Shown: positions 48,839 to 58,947, numbered from the stretch's first letter. The stretch: 64,000 nucleotides of DNA from an uncultured Bacilli bacterium (GCA_944332295.1 CALVJR010000004.1:4157-68156), one strand, 5' to 3'. Notes: generated by a model from the letters alone, not told the origin. Program-made: numbers and translations.

Positions 48839-49195
48839 TCATGATTCTCCATAAATTAGTTCTTTCAAAACTATTTCTTCAGCTATATTTTTTATGTTAT
48901 TCATCTTACCTACCCATAAAATTTGATTATTTTGTTTCAACCTTTCATCAACATTTTCTTTTTCAGCAAGTAATAATATTAAATTATTTATTCTACTATT
49001 AGCAATAATATCGACATCATGTAGATATTCATTTAACTTATCATTCATAAGTAATTCAGTATATAATCCTCTTTTATTCTTCTTTAGATACTCTAATTTA
49101 AGCAATCCATACTTTCCTATATTAAATCTTTCTTTATCTTCTAATTTCAAATTTGGTAATAAATAATCACCTTTTCTAGTGTAACTAATATTCAT
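48839..49195 (-). CDS. tnpV: TnpV-like transposon protein
   Basis: N-terminal ISYTRKGDYLLPNLKL and GKYG..L.YLK resemble TnpV of Tn4451-family elements, from memory of that family. Confidence 0.6.
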   Translation of the reverse strand: MNISYTRKGDYLLPNLKLEDKERFNIGKYGLLKLEYLKKNKRGLYTELLMNDKLNEYLHDVDIIANSRINNLILLLAEKENVDERLKQNNQILWVGKMNNIKNIAEEIVLKELIYGES

Positions 49196-49249
49196 AACAT
49201 TTCTCCATTTCTTTCTATTTTTATTCAGCTTTAATTGTTATACATTCGT

Positions 49250-49260
49250 TACACAATGAC
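49250..49260. repeat. sub-terminal inverted repeat arm (right)
   Basis: TACACAATGAC is the exact reverse complement of 38217..38227. Confidence 0.7.
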
Positions 49261-49261
49261 C

Positions 49262-49549
49262 ATCCCCACCTCCGGAATTGATATGATTCGATATTAAAAT
49301 AGCATCGGGATCTCCATTAAACGCTTCGTTTGCTCTTCTTAATCTTTCTGTTCTAGAAATATCTTCATCTGTTGTTTTTACTGATACTACAGGAATACCT
49401 AACTCTTGTAATCTTCTTGTCATATAATTTGCTGCTTGTAAGTTAAAATCTTTCTCTTTTAAATTTCCACTGATTGCTCCAGGGTCACTTCCTCCATGAC
49501 CAGAATCTACTACAACACCCGTTATTTTCCTTTCGTTCATCTTTTTCAC
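49262..49549 (-). pseudogene. 5' fragment of the split N-acetylmuramoyl-L-alanine amidase gene (first ~95 aa of Amidase_3)
   Basis: VVVDSGHGGSDPGA...EKDFNLQ...ILISNHINSGGG, then the frame runs into element DNA (DGHCVTNV, stop at 49238). No signal peptide. Confidence 0.85.
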
Positions 49550-49613
49550 CTCTACATTAAAATATGTAAATGAGATGATTTTGCTACTATTAGAAAAATC
49601 TTAAAATAGATTT

Positions 49614-51053
49614 TTACCTCTTAACATATGCTTTTATTTGTCTTTTTGCTTTGGTTGTTTTTACTTTGTCTAACCATTCAATGTTAGGTCCTAAAGATAG
49701 GGTATCAGTAATAATTCTTACTCTATCTTTATTATGTAGAATATAATCACAATCTACAGGGTTATCGTTTACTATGGCTGCAACCATTTTATTTCCTATA
49801 TCAGTATGAATTTTATAAGCCAGGTCAATAGCAGTTGATCCTAATGGTAATTCCATTATCTCTCCTTTATTTGTATATACATATACTCTTTGTGATAATA
49901 ATTCTTGTTGTATACGTTTTACAAATTCTTGATTGTCTGTACAATTTTGGTCTATTTCTACTAAGGATTCAAAAAACTGATACTTATTTTTTAAATCTTC
50001 TTGCATTATATTTCTAGCATTACCTTTGTTTATATTCCAAAAAGCTGTTAATCCATATGATGCGATTTTTTCTTTTTCAAAAGTTCTTATCTGAATTTGA
50101 ACTAGTCTACCATCTGCTCCAAATACTGTAGTATGAAGAGAGCTATACAGATTAGTTTTGGGATTTGCTATGTAGTCTTTAAATCTATTATTCATAGGAA
50201 AATATTTATCATGAACTAGTCCTAAAGTTGGATAGCATTTAGCAACATTATCAACAAGGATTTTTAATGCTAATAAATCATGAATATCCGATAATTTTTG
50301 TCCTTGCTCTAGACGTTTATATATTCCATAGATATTTTTTGTTCTTATTTTTAGCTCATGTGGAATATTGGCATTAGTTAATACTTTATTTATTGTTTGT
50401 AACATTTCTTCGCGACATTGTTTGGTATCTTCATCTATTTTCATTCTTATGTCACGTACTCTTTGATAAGCATCTGAATTATAATACTTTAAAGATAAAT
50501 CTTCTAATTCACTTTTTATTATATGCATTCCTAGTCTGTCCGCTAAAGGGACATATAACAATAATGTTTCTTTGGCATTTTCTTTTTGCTTAAATTCTGA
50601 TTTAAATTGTAATGTTCTCATATTGTGTAGTCTATCAGCAAGCTTTATTATAATAATTCTTACATCATTTGTTATACTAGTAATAATTTTTCTAGTATTT
50701 GCTAGATTTTGTTCTTGTTTGCTTGCGAAATTCATTCTACTAATCTTAGTTACTCCATCTACTAAGTTTGCAACATCATCATTAAAATCTATAGCAATTT
50801 GCTCTTTGGTAATTTCGGTATCTTCTAGCGTATCATGTAATAGTGCCGCACAAAGGGTGTCCGTATCTGCATACATTTCAGCTAGAGTATACGCTACATT
50901 TAATGGATGAGTAATATAATCTTCTCCGCTTTGACGTTTTTGACCTTTATGTAATTCTTCTGCATAGTAATATGCTTTTTTTATCATTTCTAGTCCTTCT
51001 ATGTTGTATTCTGCTACTTTTAAAAGTAAATCATTTACAGTTAAATTATTCAT
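49614..51053 (-). CDS. rel: RelA/SpoT-homologue (p)ppGpp synthetase/hydrolase, short form (HD + synthetase + TGS only)
   Basis: HD motif HDTLEDT, synthetase motif DYIANPKTNLYSSLHTTV, TGS domain near the C-terminus, and no ACT/RRM region. ATG 51053 follows AGGAGG. Confidence 0.85.
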   Translation of the reverse strand: MNNLTVNDLLLKVAEYNIEGLEMIKKAYYYAEELHKGQKRQSGEDYITHPLNVAYTLAEMYADTDTLCAALLHDTLEDTEITKEQIAIDFNDDVANLVDGVTKISRMNFASKQEQNLANTRKIITSITNDVRIIIIKLADRLHNMRTLQFKSEFKQKENAKETLLLYVPLADRLGMHIIKSELEDLSLKYYNSDAYQRVRDIRMKIDEDTKQCREEMLQTINKVLTNANIPHELKIRTKNIYGIYKRLEQGQKLSDIHDLLALKILVDNVAKCYPTLGLVHDKYFPMNNRFKDYIANPKTNLYSSLHTTVFGADGRLVQIQIRTFEKEKIASYGLTAFWNINKGNARNIMQEDLKNKYQFFESLVEIDQNCTDNQEFVKRIQQELLSQRVYVYTNKGEIMELPLGSTAIDLAYKIHTDIGNKMVAAIVNDNPVDCDYILHNKDRVRIITDTLSLGPNIEWLDKVKTTKAKRQIKAYVKR

Positions 51054-51274
51054 ACACACCTCCTAATAAATAAAAAATGCGCCATGGCGTATTGCCTTAG
51101 CGCTTGTATTATTTTAAAGAAGCAAAACATGAGTATGATGACATGATTAAAGAAATTATTGAAAAATGTAACATATATTTTATATTTTCTTTATAACTCA
51201 CACTCATAACTGCACCTCTTTAAATATTAGTATTCAATTTATCACTAAAATTTAAAGTTGTCAAGATACTTTTC

Positions 51275-52234
51275 TTATAGAGTTTTCAAATAAATATTCC
51301 GTATTCCTCTTTCAAATTGTTTTGTATTTAGTAGTTTAAAATTATCTTTTTCTAGATTTCTAATAGAGTAAATATTATTTGGATGTACAGTTACTACTGC
51401 ATATTTATATCCTTTCTTTTTTGATATTTGATTTAGTTCTTTTAACATTTGATATTGTAAATTATTACCTATATATTTGGTATTTACAAACATTGGTCCA
51501 TAGTCAACTACATCTTGTTCTTTATAATTTAATTGTAAGCTTTTTAGTGACTCTTTTGTTGCAGGTATTAACATCATTGAACATACTGGAGTCTCTTCTT
51601 TATAATATATCCAAATCTTAGAATCTTTTTTCAATAGTTCCTCTAAATCTTCTTTTGTAAAATCTCCTAACCATTCTGGATATTCTATATTCAATTTTAC
51701 TTCTTTTCTAAATTCTAAATATTTATCTATATTTATTTTTTCTATTACTGATAGATTTTCTATATTTATTATAGGAGTCCAATTTAATTGTTTCCTTATT
51801 ATATTTATTTTTTCTTTATCTTCTATATATTCTTTTCTTGGCTTAATAAAGTTTTTTGATCCTCTTTTTTCTTCTTTATATCTTGGTATTAGTTGAATAT
51901 GAAAATGATTCATTGGACCATCACACATTGTACATAGATAGATACTTTCAGCTTGATATACTTCTTTTAATATAATCATTACTTTTTTAGCAAATGTATA
52001 TACTTTTTCACATAAGGTATCAGGTAATTCTGTCATATCCTTATAGTGTTTTTGTGTGGAAATTATTGTATGGCCTACTGCTCTTGGACTTCCACATAGA
52101 AAGCATTCTATATCTACGTCTTTATATAGCATTTTATTTTTATTGTCACCAAATACAATATGATTGTGTTCTCTATCATAACAAGTTGGACATATTCCTT
52201 TATCTGTTAGTTCTTTATTTGTAATCTTTTCCAT
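51275..52234 (-). CDS. HIT-family hydrolase fused to a GNAT-like C-terminal domain
   Basis: Histidine triad HFHIQLIP preceded by Cys pairs. The C-terminal ~150 aa are GNAT-like. Confidence 0.6.
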   Translation of the reverse strand: MEKITNKELTDKGICPTCYDREHNHIVFGDNKNKMLYKDVDIECFLCGSPRAVGHTIISTQKHYKDMTELPDTLCEKVYTFAKKVMIILKEVYQAESIYLCTMCDGPMNHFHIQLIPRYKEEKRGSKNFIKPRKEYIEDKEKINIIRKQLNWTPIINIENLSVIEKINIDKYLEFRKEVKLNIEYPEWLGDFTKEDLEELLKKDSKIWIYYKEETPVCSMMLIPATKESLKSLQLNYKEQDVVDYGPMFVNTKYIGNNLQYQMLKELNQISKKKGYKYAVVTVHPNNIYSIRNLEKDNFKLLNTKQFERGIRNIYLKTL

Positions 52235-52245
52235 ACTTTACTCCA

Positions 52246-53469
52246 TTATTTTTCATTTTTATATAGCACATTAATATCTACTGCAGTATTAATTCCATCA
52301 ATTCTTCCATCCTGACATAATTGCCACATTACATAGTGTGAATCATAGTCTGTTTGGTCTGTATAGTGTGCTAACCATACATCGTAATCATGATATTTCC
52401 AAATGCTATTTAAATAATTTTTACTACCATAAAGCATTCCATCATATCCTCTATCTTCTATCTTCTCTAAGAAAGATTCTGCTACCTCATTTAGTCCGAA
52501 TAGTGATAATTCCATTTGATTAAAACTGTTATAGCATTCCCAGTCAAATGCGATTGGAAGAGTTAACTCGTAGTCTTTTATTTGTTCTAGTACCCAGTCT
52601 GCTTGCTTTCTTGCTTCCTTTTTACTATTAGCATAAGAATAAAAATATACTCCTACTTTCAAATCATTAGCTAGCGCATTTTCTATATTCTGTTTAAAGT
52701 AAGGATCTAGTATATATTCTCCATCTACTCCTTGCTGGGAACCTACTCTAATCATTACGAAGGTTGCTCCCGCATCTTTTACTTTTTTAAAATCAATATC
52801 TCCCTGCCATTTTGATACATCTATTCCTATTTCTGTATTTTCATCTTTGTGTCTTGTAACGACGTCATTAAAAGCGGTTACTACTTCTTCTCTTTCTTCT
52901 GTAGGAGCTGGTGTTGGTTGAGATGTTGATACTGGTGCTGGTTCATAGACATTTAAAGTAAACTTAATTCGTTCTTCGTTTTTATTACTATCCGTTGCAA
53001 CATAAGTTAAATTATATGTTCCTGCTGTATTTAAATCGTAAGACCCTTCAATCTTACAGGTAGGATTACTATCATAATTATCGGCACAAAAAATTTCTTC
53101 TTCTAGGTTTAAGTCGCTTCCTACTCTTGCACTATAGCTTCCTGATAACCAAACTAGTGGCTTTTCCTCATCTACTACATCTATTGTAAATACTCCTCTT
53201 TTTTCTTTATTATTCTCATTTTCATATACAAAAGAGACTTCTTGTTTACCTAGTTTTTCCGTATTTAAGGTTTTATTGGTTATTACTTTTCCTTCAATAG
53301 ATGTAATTAAATCTTTTATTTTTACTTTGCTGTAAACTGGTATTTTTAAATTTTCAATTAATGTATATCCCGTATTATCTATTTCTGGAGGTGCTAATAT
53401 AGAGATTATACTTCCTAAAATAATTAAGAAGACACCTAGTGAACTAATGATAATTATTTTCTTTTTCAT
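52246..53469 (-). CDS. GH25 muramidase (lysozyme) with N-terminal anchor and Ig-like region
   Basis: GIDVSKWQGDIDFKKVKDAGATFVMIRVG is the GH25 N-terminal signature. N-terminal TM. Confidence 0.8.
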   Translation of the reverse strand: MKKKIIIISSLGVFLIILGSIISILAPPEIDNTGYTLIENLKIPVYSKVKIKDLITSIEGKVITNKTLNTEKLGKQEVSFVYENENNKEKRGVFTIDVVDEEKPLVWLSGSYSARVGSDLNLEEEIFCADNYDSNPTCKIEGSYDLNTAGTYNLTYVATDSNKNEERIKFTLNVYEPAPVSTSQPTPAPTEEREEVVTAFNDVVTRHKDENTEIGIDVSKWQGDIDFKKVKDAGATFVMIRVGSQQGVDGEYILDPYFKQNIENALANDLKVGVYFYSYANSKKEARKQADWVLEQIKDYELTLPIAFDWECYNSFNQMELSLFGLNEVAESFLEKIEDRGYDGMLYGSKNYLNSIWKYHDYDVWLAHYTDQTDYDSHYVMWQLCQDGRIDGINTAVDINVLYKNEK

Positions 53470-53477
53470 AAATCACC

Positions 53478-54377
53478 TCATATATCTAATATTCCTAAGA
53501 TGATAATTCCTATTATTACTAGTGATATTGCTAGATAGTGTTTCTTAGATAATTTTTCCTTTAAAAATATTCTAGACCATAATAGCGATAATATGCAATA
53601 AGAACCTACAATTGGTGCGGTAATAATAGAATTAGCACTCATTGCATACACATAGAAAAATTGTCCTATCGTTTCAAATATGGCTGCTATTACTTTTGGT
53701 TTTTCATTTTTTATTGTTAATTTTACTCTTTTTTTCTTTAGGTATATATATGTAATTATACTATATATCAAGAAAGTATATTCATAAGCGATTGGGGCAT
53801 TATCTTCACTAATTAGTTGCATTTTGTCTAGATAAATGGCATCTAGAAATGTTCCAAGACCATCTAATATACAATAAGCAATAGGAAATATCATGGTTAG
53901 TAGAACTACTTTCTTTTTCGTTAGACTGTTTTTTAATGTTACTCTATTATCTTTTTCTTCTTTTGATTCTATTATTCCAAGAAGTATTACACCCGTTAAT
54001 ATTAATAAAAAGGCTATATAGGCTGGTACTTGTAGCATTTCTTTAAAAAATAGTAAAAGTAATATTGCTGTTATTACCCCGCTACAGTTTTGTATAGGAC
54101 TAGCAATTGATAATTCTAGGTATTTTAATCCTTTATATCCTATTACCATGCTTATAATATATAATAGTGATACTGGTAGATATTTAATTATTTCTATTAT
54201 ATTAAAATCTATTCTTTTTACTATCACATAAATAGTTGCATGTATTCCCATGATTAGTCCTACACAGACACCAGTTTTTAGATGATTATAATCTCCTGCT
54301 TTTTTATTTCCAATCTTATAAAATAAGTCAGCAGTTCCCCAACATAAAAGTGTCATTAAGGCAAATAGCATAAACAT
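53478..54377 (-). CDS. EamA/DMT-family transporter
   Basis: About ten TM helices in two repeats, with typical size. Confidence 0.65.
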   Translation of the reverse strand: MFMLFALMTLLCWGTADLFYKIGNKKAGDYNHLKTGVCVGLIMGIHATIYVIVKRIDFNIIEIIKYLPVSLLYIISMVIGYKGLKYLELSIASPIQNCSGVITAILLLLFFKEMLQVPAYIAFLLILTGVILLGIIESKEEKDNRVTLKNSLTKKKVVLLTMIFPIAYCILDGLGTFLDAIYLDKMQLISEDNAPIAYEYTFLIYSIITYIYLKKKRVKLTIKNEKPKVIAAIFETIGQFFYVYAMSANSIITAPIVGSYCILSLLWSRIFLKEKLSKKHYLAISLVIIGIIILGILDI

Positions 54378-54422
54378 TCTCCTTATTATTTATATTATAG
54401 CTTATCTTTTTAGAAAAAACAA

Positions 54423-54449
54423 AAATATCCACAACTTTTGTGGATATTT
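54423..54449 (-). terminator. rho-independent terminator (ATCCACA/TGTGGAT stem)
   Basis: AAATATCCACAACTTTTGTGGATATTT overlapping the stop of the upstream minus-strand gene. Confidence 0.6.
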
Positions 54450-55668
54450 ATTTTGATGACTTTATTTCTTCCACAGATTCTGTTAATTTTTCATAAGTAG
54501 TAGCACCAGGAATGGTTAGTTTTATTACAGAATCTTTTACTATAAATGAATTAGGGTAAGAAATAATTTCAAATTTTGAAAAGAACTCACCTGTTTCATC
54601 CATTAATACCGGGAATGTTATATCTTTATTTTCGATAAATTTCTTGATTTGTTTTGTGCTCTTATGTTCTAGTTTTGGTGATACTACTGATAAAAGAATT
54701 ACCTCTTCTTTATTCTTTTTATAATGATTATATAGTTTTTCTAATTCTTTTAGTTCTTTTTTACAAGCACTACAATCTGTTGACCAAAAGTGTAATATTA
54801 CTGTTTTATCTTTATAGTCATTCCAATTATGAGTTTTGTTATTTTGATCTTTTAAAGTGAATTTTTCTACTTTATATTGTGATTTTTTATTTGTTTTATT
54901 ACTTAGTCCGTTACTGCAACTTGCAAGTCCTGTCTCTTCGTTGATGCCACAATTTTGTTCTAGTTTAGACGAAGTTTCAAAATCTATATTCGTAATTAAT
55001 GTATAGCTTCCTACTAAAACTAATAATACGCCTCCTACTTGAACTACTCTTTGCATGATATTTTGTTTTTTCTTTAAAAAGTTTAAGGCTTCTCCTGTAA
55101 ATAATCCTAATATTAGAAATGGAATAATAAAGCCAATAGCATAAATTAATACTAATATATTACCTAAAAGCATACTACTAGCACTACTTGCCATAATTAA
55201 TACAGATGATAAAGCAGGCCCTACACATGGAGTCCAAGCAAAACTAAATAGAAATCCCATGACGAATGCTACTATTGGATTCATTTTATTGGGATTAATA
55301 TTTATATTTAGCTTCTTTTCTTTTTGTAAAGACTTAAAGTTGATAATCTTTAATTGAAATAGTCCTAATATTACGATGATAATTCCGCCTATTATTGCGA
55401 TAATTGTCTTATATTCCTTGAAAAAACTACCTAGTGTTGTGAAAGAAAGTCCTAGAATAAAAAATGACATTGATATTCCTAATACAAAGAATAGGGTATA
55501 TAAAAATACTTTTTTTCTTTTATATATAATTTTTCCATCTTTTGTTTTTTCTTTGGCATTTCCAGCTAGATATCCCATGTATAGTGGTAATAGTGGAATT
55601 ACGCAAGGTGAAAAAAACGAAATGATACCTTCTAATAAAACGGTTACTCCCTGTATTAAAAAATCCAT
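54448..55668 (-). CDS. CcdA/DsbD-like thiol-disulfide transporter fused to a TlpA/ResA-like thioredoxin domain
   Basis: N-terminal FSPCVIPLLPLY and WTPCVGP (CcdA cysteines). C-terminal WSTDCSACKKE (CxxC). Confidence 0.8.
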   Translation of the reverse strand: MDFLIQGVTVLLEGIISFFSPCVIPLLPLYMGYLAGNAKEKTKDGKIIYKRKKVFLYTLFFVLGISMSFFILGLSFTTLGSFFKEYKTIIAIIGGIIIVILGLFQLKIINFKSLQKEKKLNININPNKMNPIVAFVMGFLFSFAWTPCVGPALSSVLIMASSASSMLLGNILVLIYAIGFIIPFLILGLFTGEALNFLKKKQNIMQRVVQVGGVLLVLVGSYTLITNIDFETSSKLEQNCGINEETGLASCSNGLSNKTNKKSQYKVEKFTLKDQNNKTHNWNDYKDKTVILHFWSTDCSACKKELKELEKLYNHYKKNKEEVILLSVVSPKLEHKSTKQIKKFIENKDITFPVLMDETGEFFSKFEIISYPNSFIVKDSVIKLTIPGATTYEKLTESVEEIKSSK

Positions 55669-55735
55669 TTTCTACCTCCTATTCATTATGCCTACTATAT
55701 TTTAACAAAGTTTATGCATTTGAACAAGAAAAATA

Positions 55736-56355
55736 TTATTTTTTCACTTTTATTTTTTGAATATGATTAATTAAATACGAAGAGATAGTTACAGTTATTA
55801 TAGAAAATATAATACGTGTTATTGGTATATATGATAGAGAAAGCCCTAATACTAAAAAGTCTGTAAATAAGATCGTGAAAGTGGCCATTTCGTGATATGA
55901 GAAATGCTTAGTGCTAGGGCATCGTCTCCACCACTTGAGCCTCCTTGTCTTACAATCATACCCACTCCCACTCCTACAAAAACACCTCCTAGTATTGCGG
56001 CTAATAGAGGACAATTTGATAAATTTGGTAACATCCAAGGTAGTACTTCCCAAAGTTCATAAAATAAAGATATACTTATTGTTGAAATTACAGATAACTT
56101 TAAAAAGTTTATTCCTAAATATTTAAAGGCGAGTAAGTAACAACTACTATCTAGTAATGGTGTTATGATAGCTGGTGATATTTCTAACCAGTGTTCGATT
56201 AGAAGCATCAATCCAATTACTCCTCCTTCTGTGATTTCCGTGCGCTCATGAATATTATGAATTCCAAAGGAACAAATTCCTGCTCCTAGAAGAATAAAGA
56301 ATACTTTTTTCCAGGTAATTCCTTTTAATAATTTTTTTATATACTCCTTTTTCAA
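55736..56355 (-). pseudogene. YitT-like membrane protein, apparently frameshifted
   Basis: The 167-aa and 105-aa ORFs overlap in different frames. One extra A in the AAA run (plus-strand TTT at 55888..55890) would fuse ...SISHITK to MATFTILFTDFLVLGLSL. Confidence 0.5.
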
Positions 56356-56445
56356 AGTATAACCTCCTTATCCTATATAACGACATGATAGTAAAGAATT
56401 TTTTATTAGTCAATATGAAAATATGAAAAAAAGTCCTTTCGGACT

Positions 56446-58125
56446 TTATATTTCTATTTCTTCTATATTTTTGATTCCTTTATTCATTACCTTATAATAA
56501 ATGAGTATACTTCCCATTAATAGTAATATAATTAACATTCCTTTTAAGATAGAAAGTGGTATTAAAACTACTTTATTTAAATAATAGATTCCTCCTCCTA
56601 ATACGACTGCAATAATCATAGAAATTGCCATAGAGAAGAAGGTATTTTCATTACCTCTTAAAGCATTTAATTCATCTTCCCAGACTAATTTTGGATTTAC
56701 GGTATCTAGATATATTCCTAAATATGTAAAGAATATACATGATAGTAAAGATACTACTGTAAATACTATGAAATCCATAAATGTAGCTTCTAAGAAATAA
56801 CAGATAATTAATAAATATATAAAATTAAATCCAAAACTAATTATAATTGATATTAATGCTTTGATATTTAATTGTGTTTTATATTCTACTGGAATATACT
56901 TCATAAATGGTAAATGATGTCCTTCTCTAGAGATAGAACTTGATGCAATACTGTTTGCTGTTGTTAGTATGGCAGATATAGCAAATATAGAAATAAATAC
57001 TACTAGTAAACCTAAGGCTTCTCCCTGTTTATAATGGTTTACAAACTCAAAAATAACATTATCTTGCCCTTGAATTAAGTAAATAAGAATGATGATAATT
57101 GGCCATAGTAGATTACTTAAAATACAATTACTAAAGAATGATGGTGTTCTAACTAATATTTTTAATTCTTTTTCTATATATGTTTTTACATAATTACGTT
57201 TTTCTGCTTTTTTAATAGTTTCTGATAATTTTGTTTTATTATCCACGGCATTACTACTAATTCTTTTTACTCCAGGAATATATATTTTATCTGCTAATAC
57301 CATAAAGATTAAATAGGCAAATACATTTATTAATAAATACATAATAAATGCAAAAATATTATTTGCTGTAATTGCTGTTACTAAGAAATAGGTACTAGGG
57401 AAAATAATATTCATAATATCTAGGAATCCTACTTTTCCTTGTGCTAATAGTGGAATAAATTCGGTTATACTATCATTATTTAAATATCCGATTGCTATCA
57501 TTCCTACTACAATAATAATACCTAGCATTACTAATGTTAACATATTGTTTTTATTTTTTATTAGTTTTGTAAATCTCATTATTAGTAAAGCAATGATTCC
57601 ACAATATACTAATGGTAGTATTGGTAATGTTATAATTCCTATTAAACTCATAAGAGCTGTAGATATACTTACACCATCAATAATTAAGAATCCTAAAAAT
57701 GCAGCGATTAGGAATAAAAATTCCATAATACTTTCACTAATTAGCACAGCCATAAATTTAGAAGAAATTAATAATTTTGGTTTTATTGGTAATGGTAATA
57801 TGTGCTCTATGTCTCCTGAAAAATAGAACGTGTTTAATATTATATTAAATCCAAAGATCATAGAGAAAATACAAATAAATTGTATTACTAATAATAAAGC
57901 ATTTCCTATATTTCCGGCATAGGCCATATTATTTAGTATTTCCCCTTTAATTCCACTAGTAGCGGCTGCTACTAAAAAAGTCATTAATATAAAGCATGGA
58001 ATAAAGATAAATACAGTTGCTATAATACCTAATGTAATATAAAAGTTTTTCTTTTTTACCTTTTCTGATTTTGGCATTTCTCCTGATAGTAGAAATGTTC
58101 TTACTAATTTATTATACATCTTCAT
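56446..58125 (-). CDS. ABC exporter membrane subunit (multi-pass)
   Basis: 559 aa, more than 10 hydrophobic helices. Overlaps the ATPase gene by 14 nt. Confidence 0.6.
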   Translation of the reverse strand: MKMYNKLVRTFLLSGEMPKSEKVKKKNFYITLGIIATVFIFIPCFILMTFLVAAATSGIKGEILNNMAYAGNIGNALLLVIQFICIFSMIFGFNIILNTFYFSGDIEHILPLPIKPKLLISSKFMAVLISESIMEFLFLIAAFLGFLIIDGVSISTALMSLIGIITLPILPLVYCGIIALLIMRFTKLIKNKNNMLTLVMLGIIIVVGMIAIGYLNNDSITEFIPLLAQGKVGFLDIMNIIFPSTYFLVTAITANNIFAFIMYLLINVFAYLIFMVLADKIYIPGVKRISSNAVDNKTKLSETIKKAEKRNYVKTYIEKELKILVRTPSFFSNCILSNLLWPIIIILIYLIQGQDNVIFEFVNHYKQGEALGLLVVFISIFAISAILTTANSIASSSISREGHHLPFMKYIPVEYKTQLNIKALISIIISFGFNFIYLLIICYFLEATFMDFIVFTVVSLLSCIFFTYLGIYLDTVNPKLVWEDELNALRGNENTFFSMAISMIIAVVLGGGIYYLNKVVLIPLSILKGMLIILLLMGSILIYYKVMNKGIKNIEEIEI

Positions 58126-58840
58126 CTTGAACCATCCTCAAGAAAATTTCTTCTAAGTCTTTTTTGGTATATTTTTTCTTTAGATCTTTTAATGTTCCTT
58201 GATATAGTATTTTTCCTTCTTTGATGATGATTACTCTATCACATAGTTTTTCTGCTACTTCTAAAACATGGGTTGAAAATAGTACTGCGTGTCCTTTTTG
58301 GGCATGGTCTTTCATCATTTCCTTTAGTTGATGTGCAGATTCTGGATCTAGACCAATTAATGGCTCATCTAATATCCATACGTCTGGTTCATGAATCAAA
58401 GCGGCAATTACCATCATCTTTTGGCGCATTCCGTGAGAGTAACTAATCATTTCTGCATCTAGAATATTTTCCAGACCAAAAGCTTTGGTTAATGTTTTTA
58501 TTCTTTCTTTTCTCTTAGCACTACTTACATTATAAATATCAGCAATCAAATTTAGAAATTCTATTCCTTTTAGACGAAGAAACATATCCGGACTATCAGA
58601 AATATATCCTATGTTTTGTTTTGCTTTTAAAGGTTCTTTATCAATATCGTAGCCGGCAACTTTGATATCCCCTTCGTCTTTTTGATAGATTCCAGTTAAT
58701 AATTTTAATGTCGTAGTTTTTCCACTTCCATTAGGACCAATAAATCCTACTATTTCTCCTGGATTTACAGTAAATGATATGTTATCTACTGCTTTATTTG
58801 TATCATTAAATACTTTTGTAACATTTTTTACTTCTATCAT
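58112..58840 (-). CDS. ABC transporter ATP-binding protein
   Basis: Walker A GPNGSGKTT, signature YSHGMRQK, Walker B VWILDEP. Confidence 0.9.
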   Translation of the reverse strand: MIEVKNVTKVFNDTNKAVDNISFTVNPGEIVGFIGPNGSGKTTTLKLLTGIYQKDEGDIKVAGYDIDKEPLKAKQNIGYISDSPDMFLRLKGIEFLNLIADIYNVSSAKRKERIKTLTKAFGLENILDAEMISYSHGMRQKMMVIAALIHEPDVWILDEPLIGLDPESAHQLKEMMKDHAQKGHAVLFSTHVLEVAEKLCDRVIIIKEGKILYQGTLKDLKKKYTKKDLEEIFLRMVQDEDV

Positions 58841-58947
58841 ACTATTACCTCCTTATTATTATTTTAATACCTCTACCTTACTTTAAGTCAATACTTCTAT
58901 CTATATTCTTTACCATTTTACATAAAAAAAACATCCTTTTGATGTTT

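Larger units (their letters stand above)
38203..49264 (-). mobile_element. integrated Tn4451/Tn5397-like element (large serine recombinase + TnpV) with defence-like cargo, inserted in the amidase gene
   Basis: It separates two colinear halves of one amidase ORF. A GA dinucleotide sits at both junctions (minus strand 38202-38201 and 49264-49263). All cargo genes are co-oriented. Length is 11,062 bp counting one GA. Confidence 0.8.

Noticed and set aside
55736-56053. 105-aa ORF as an independent gene.
   Set aside because: Only its last ~50 codons look like a real (membrane) protein, and they continue the YitT-like ORF after a 1-nt frame shift. The upstream part is out-of-frame overlap.
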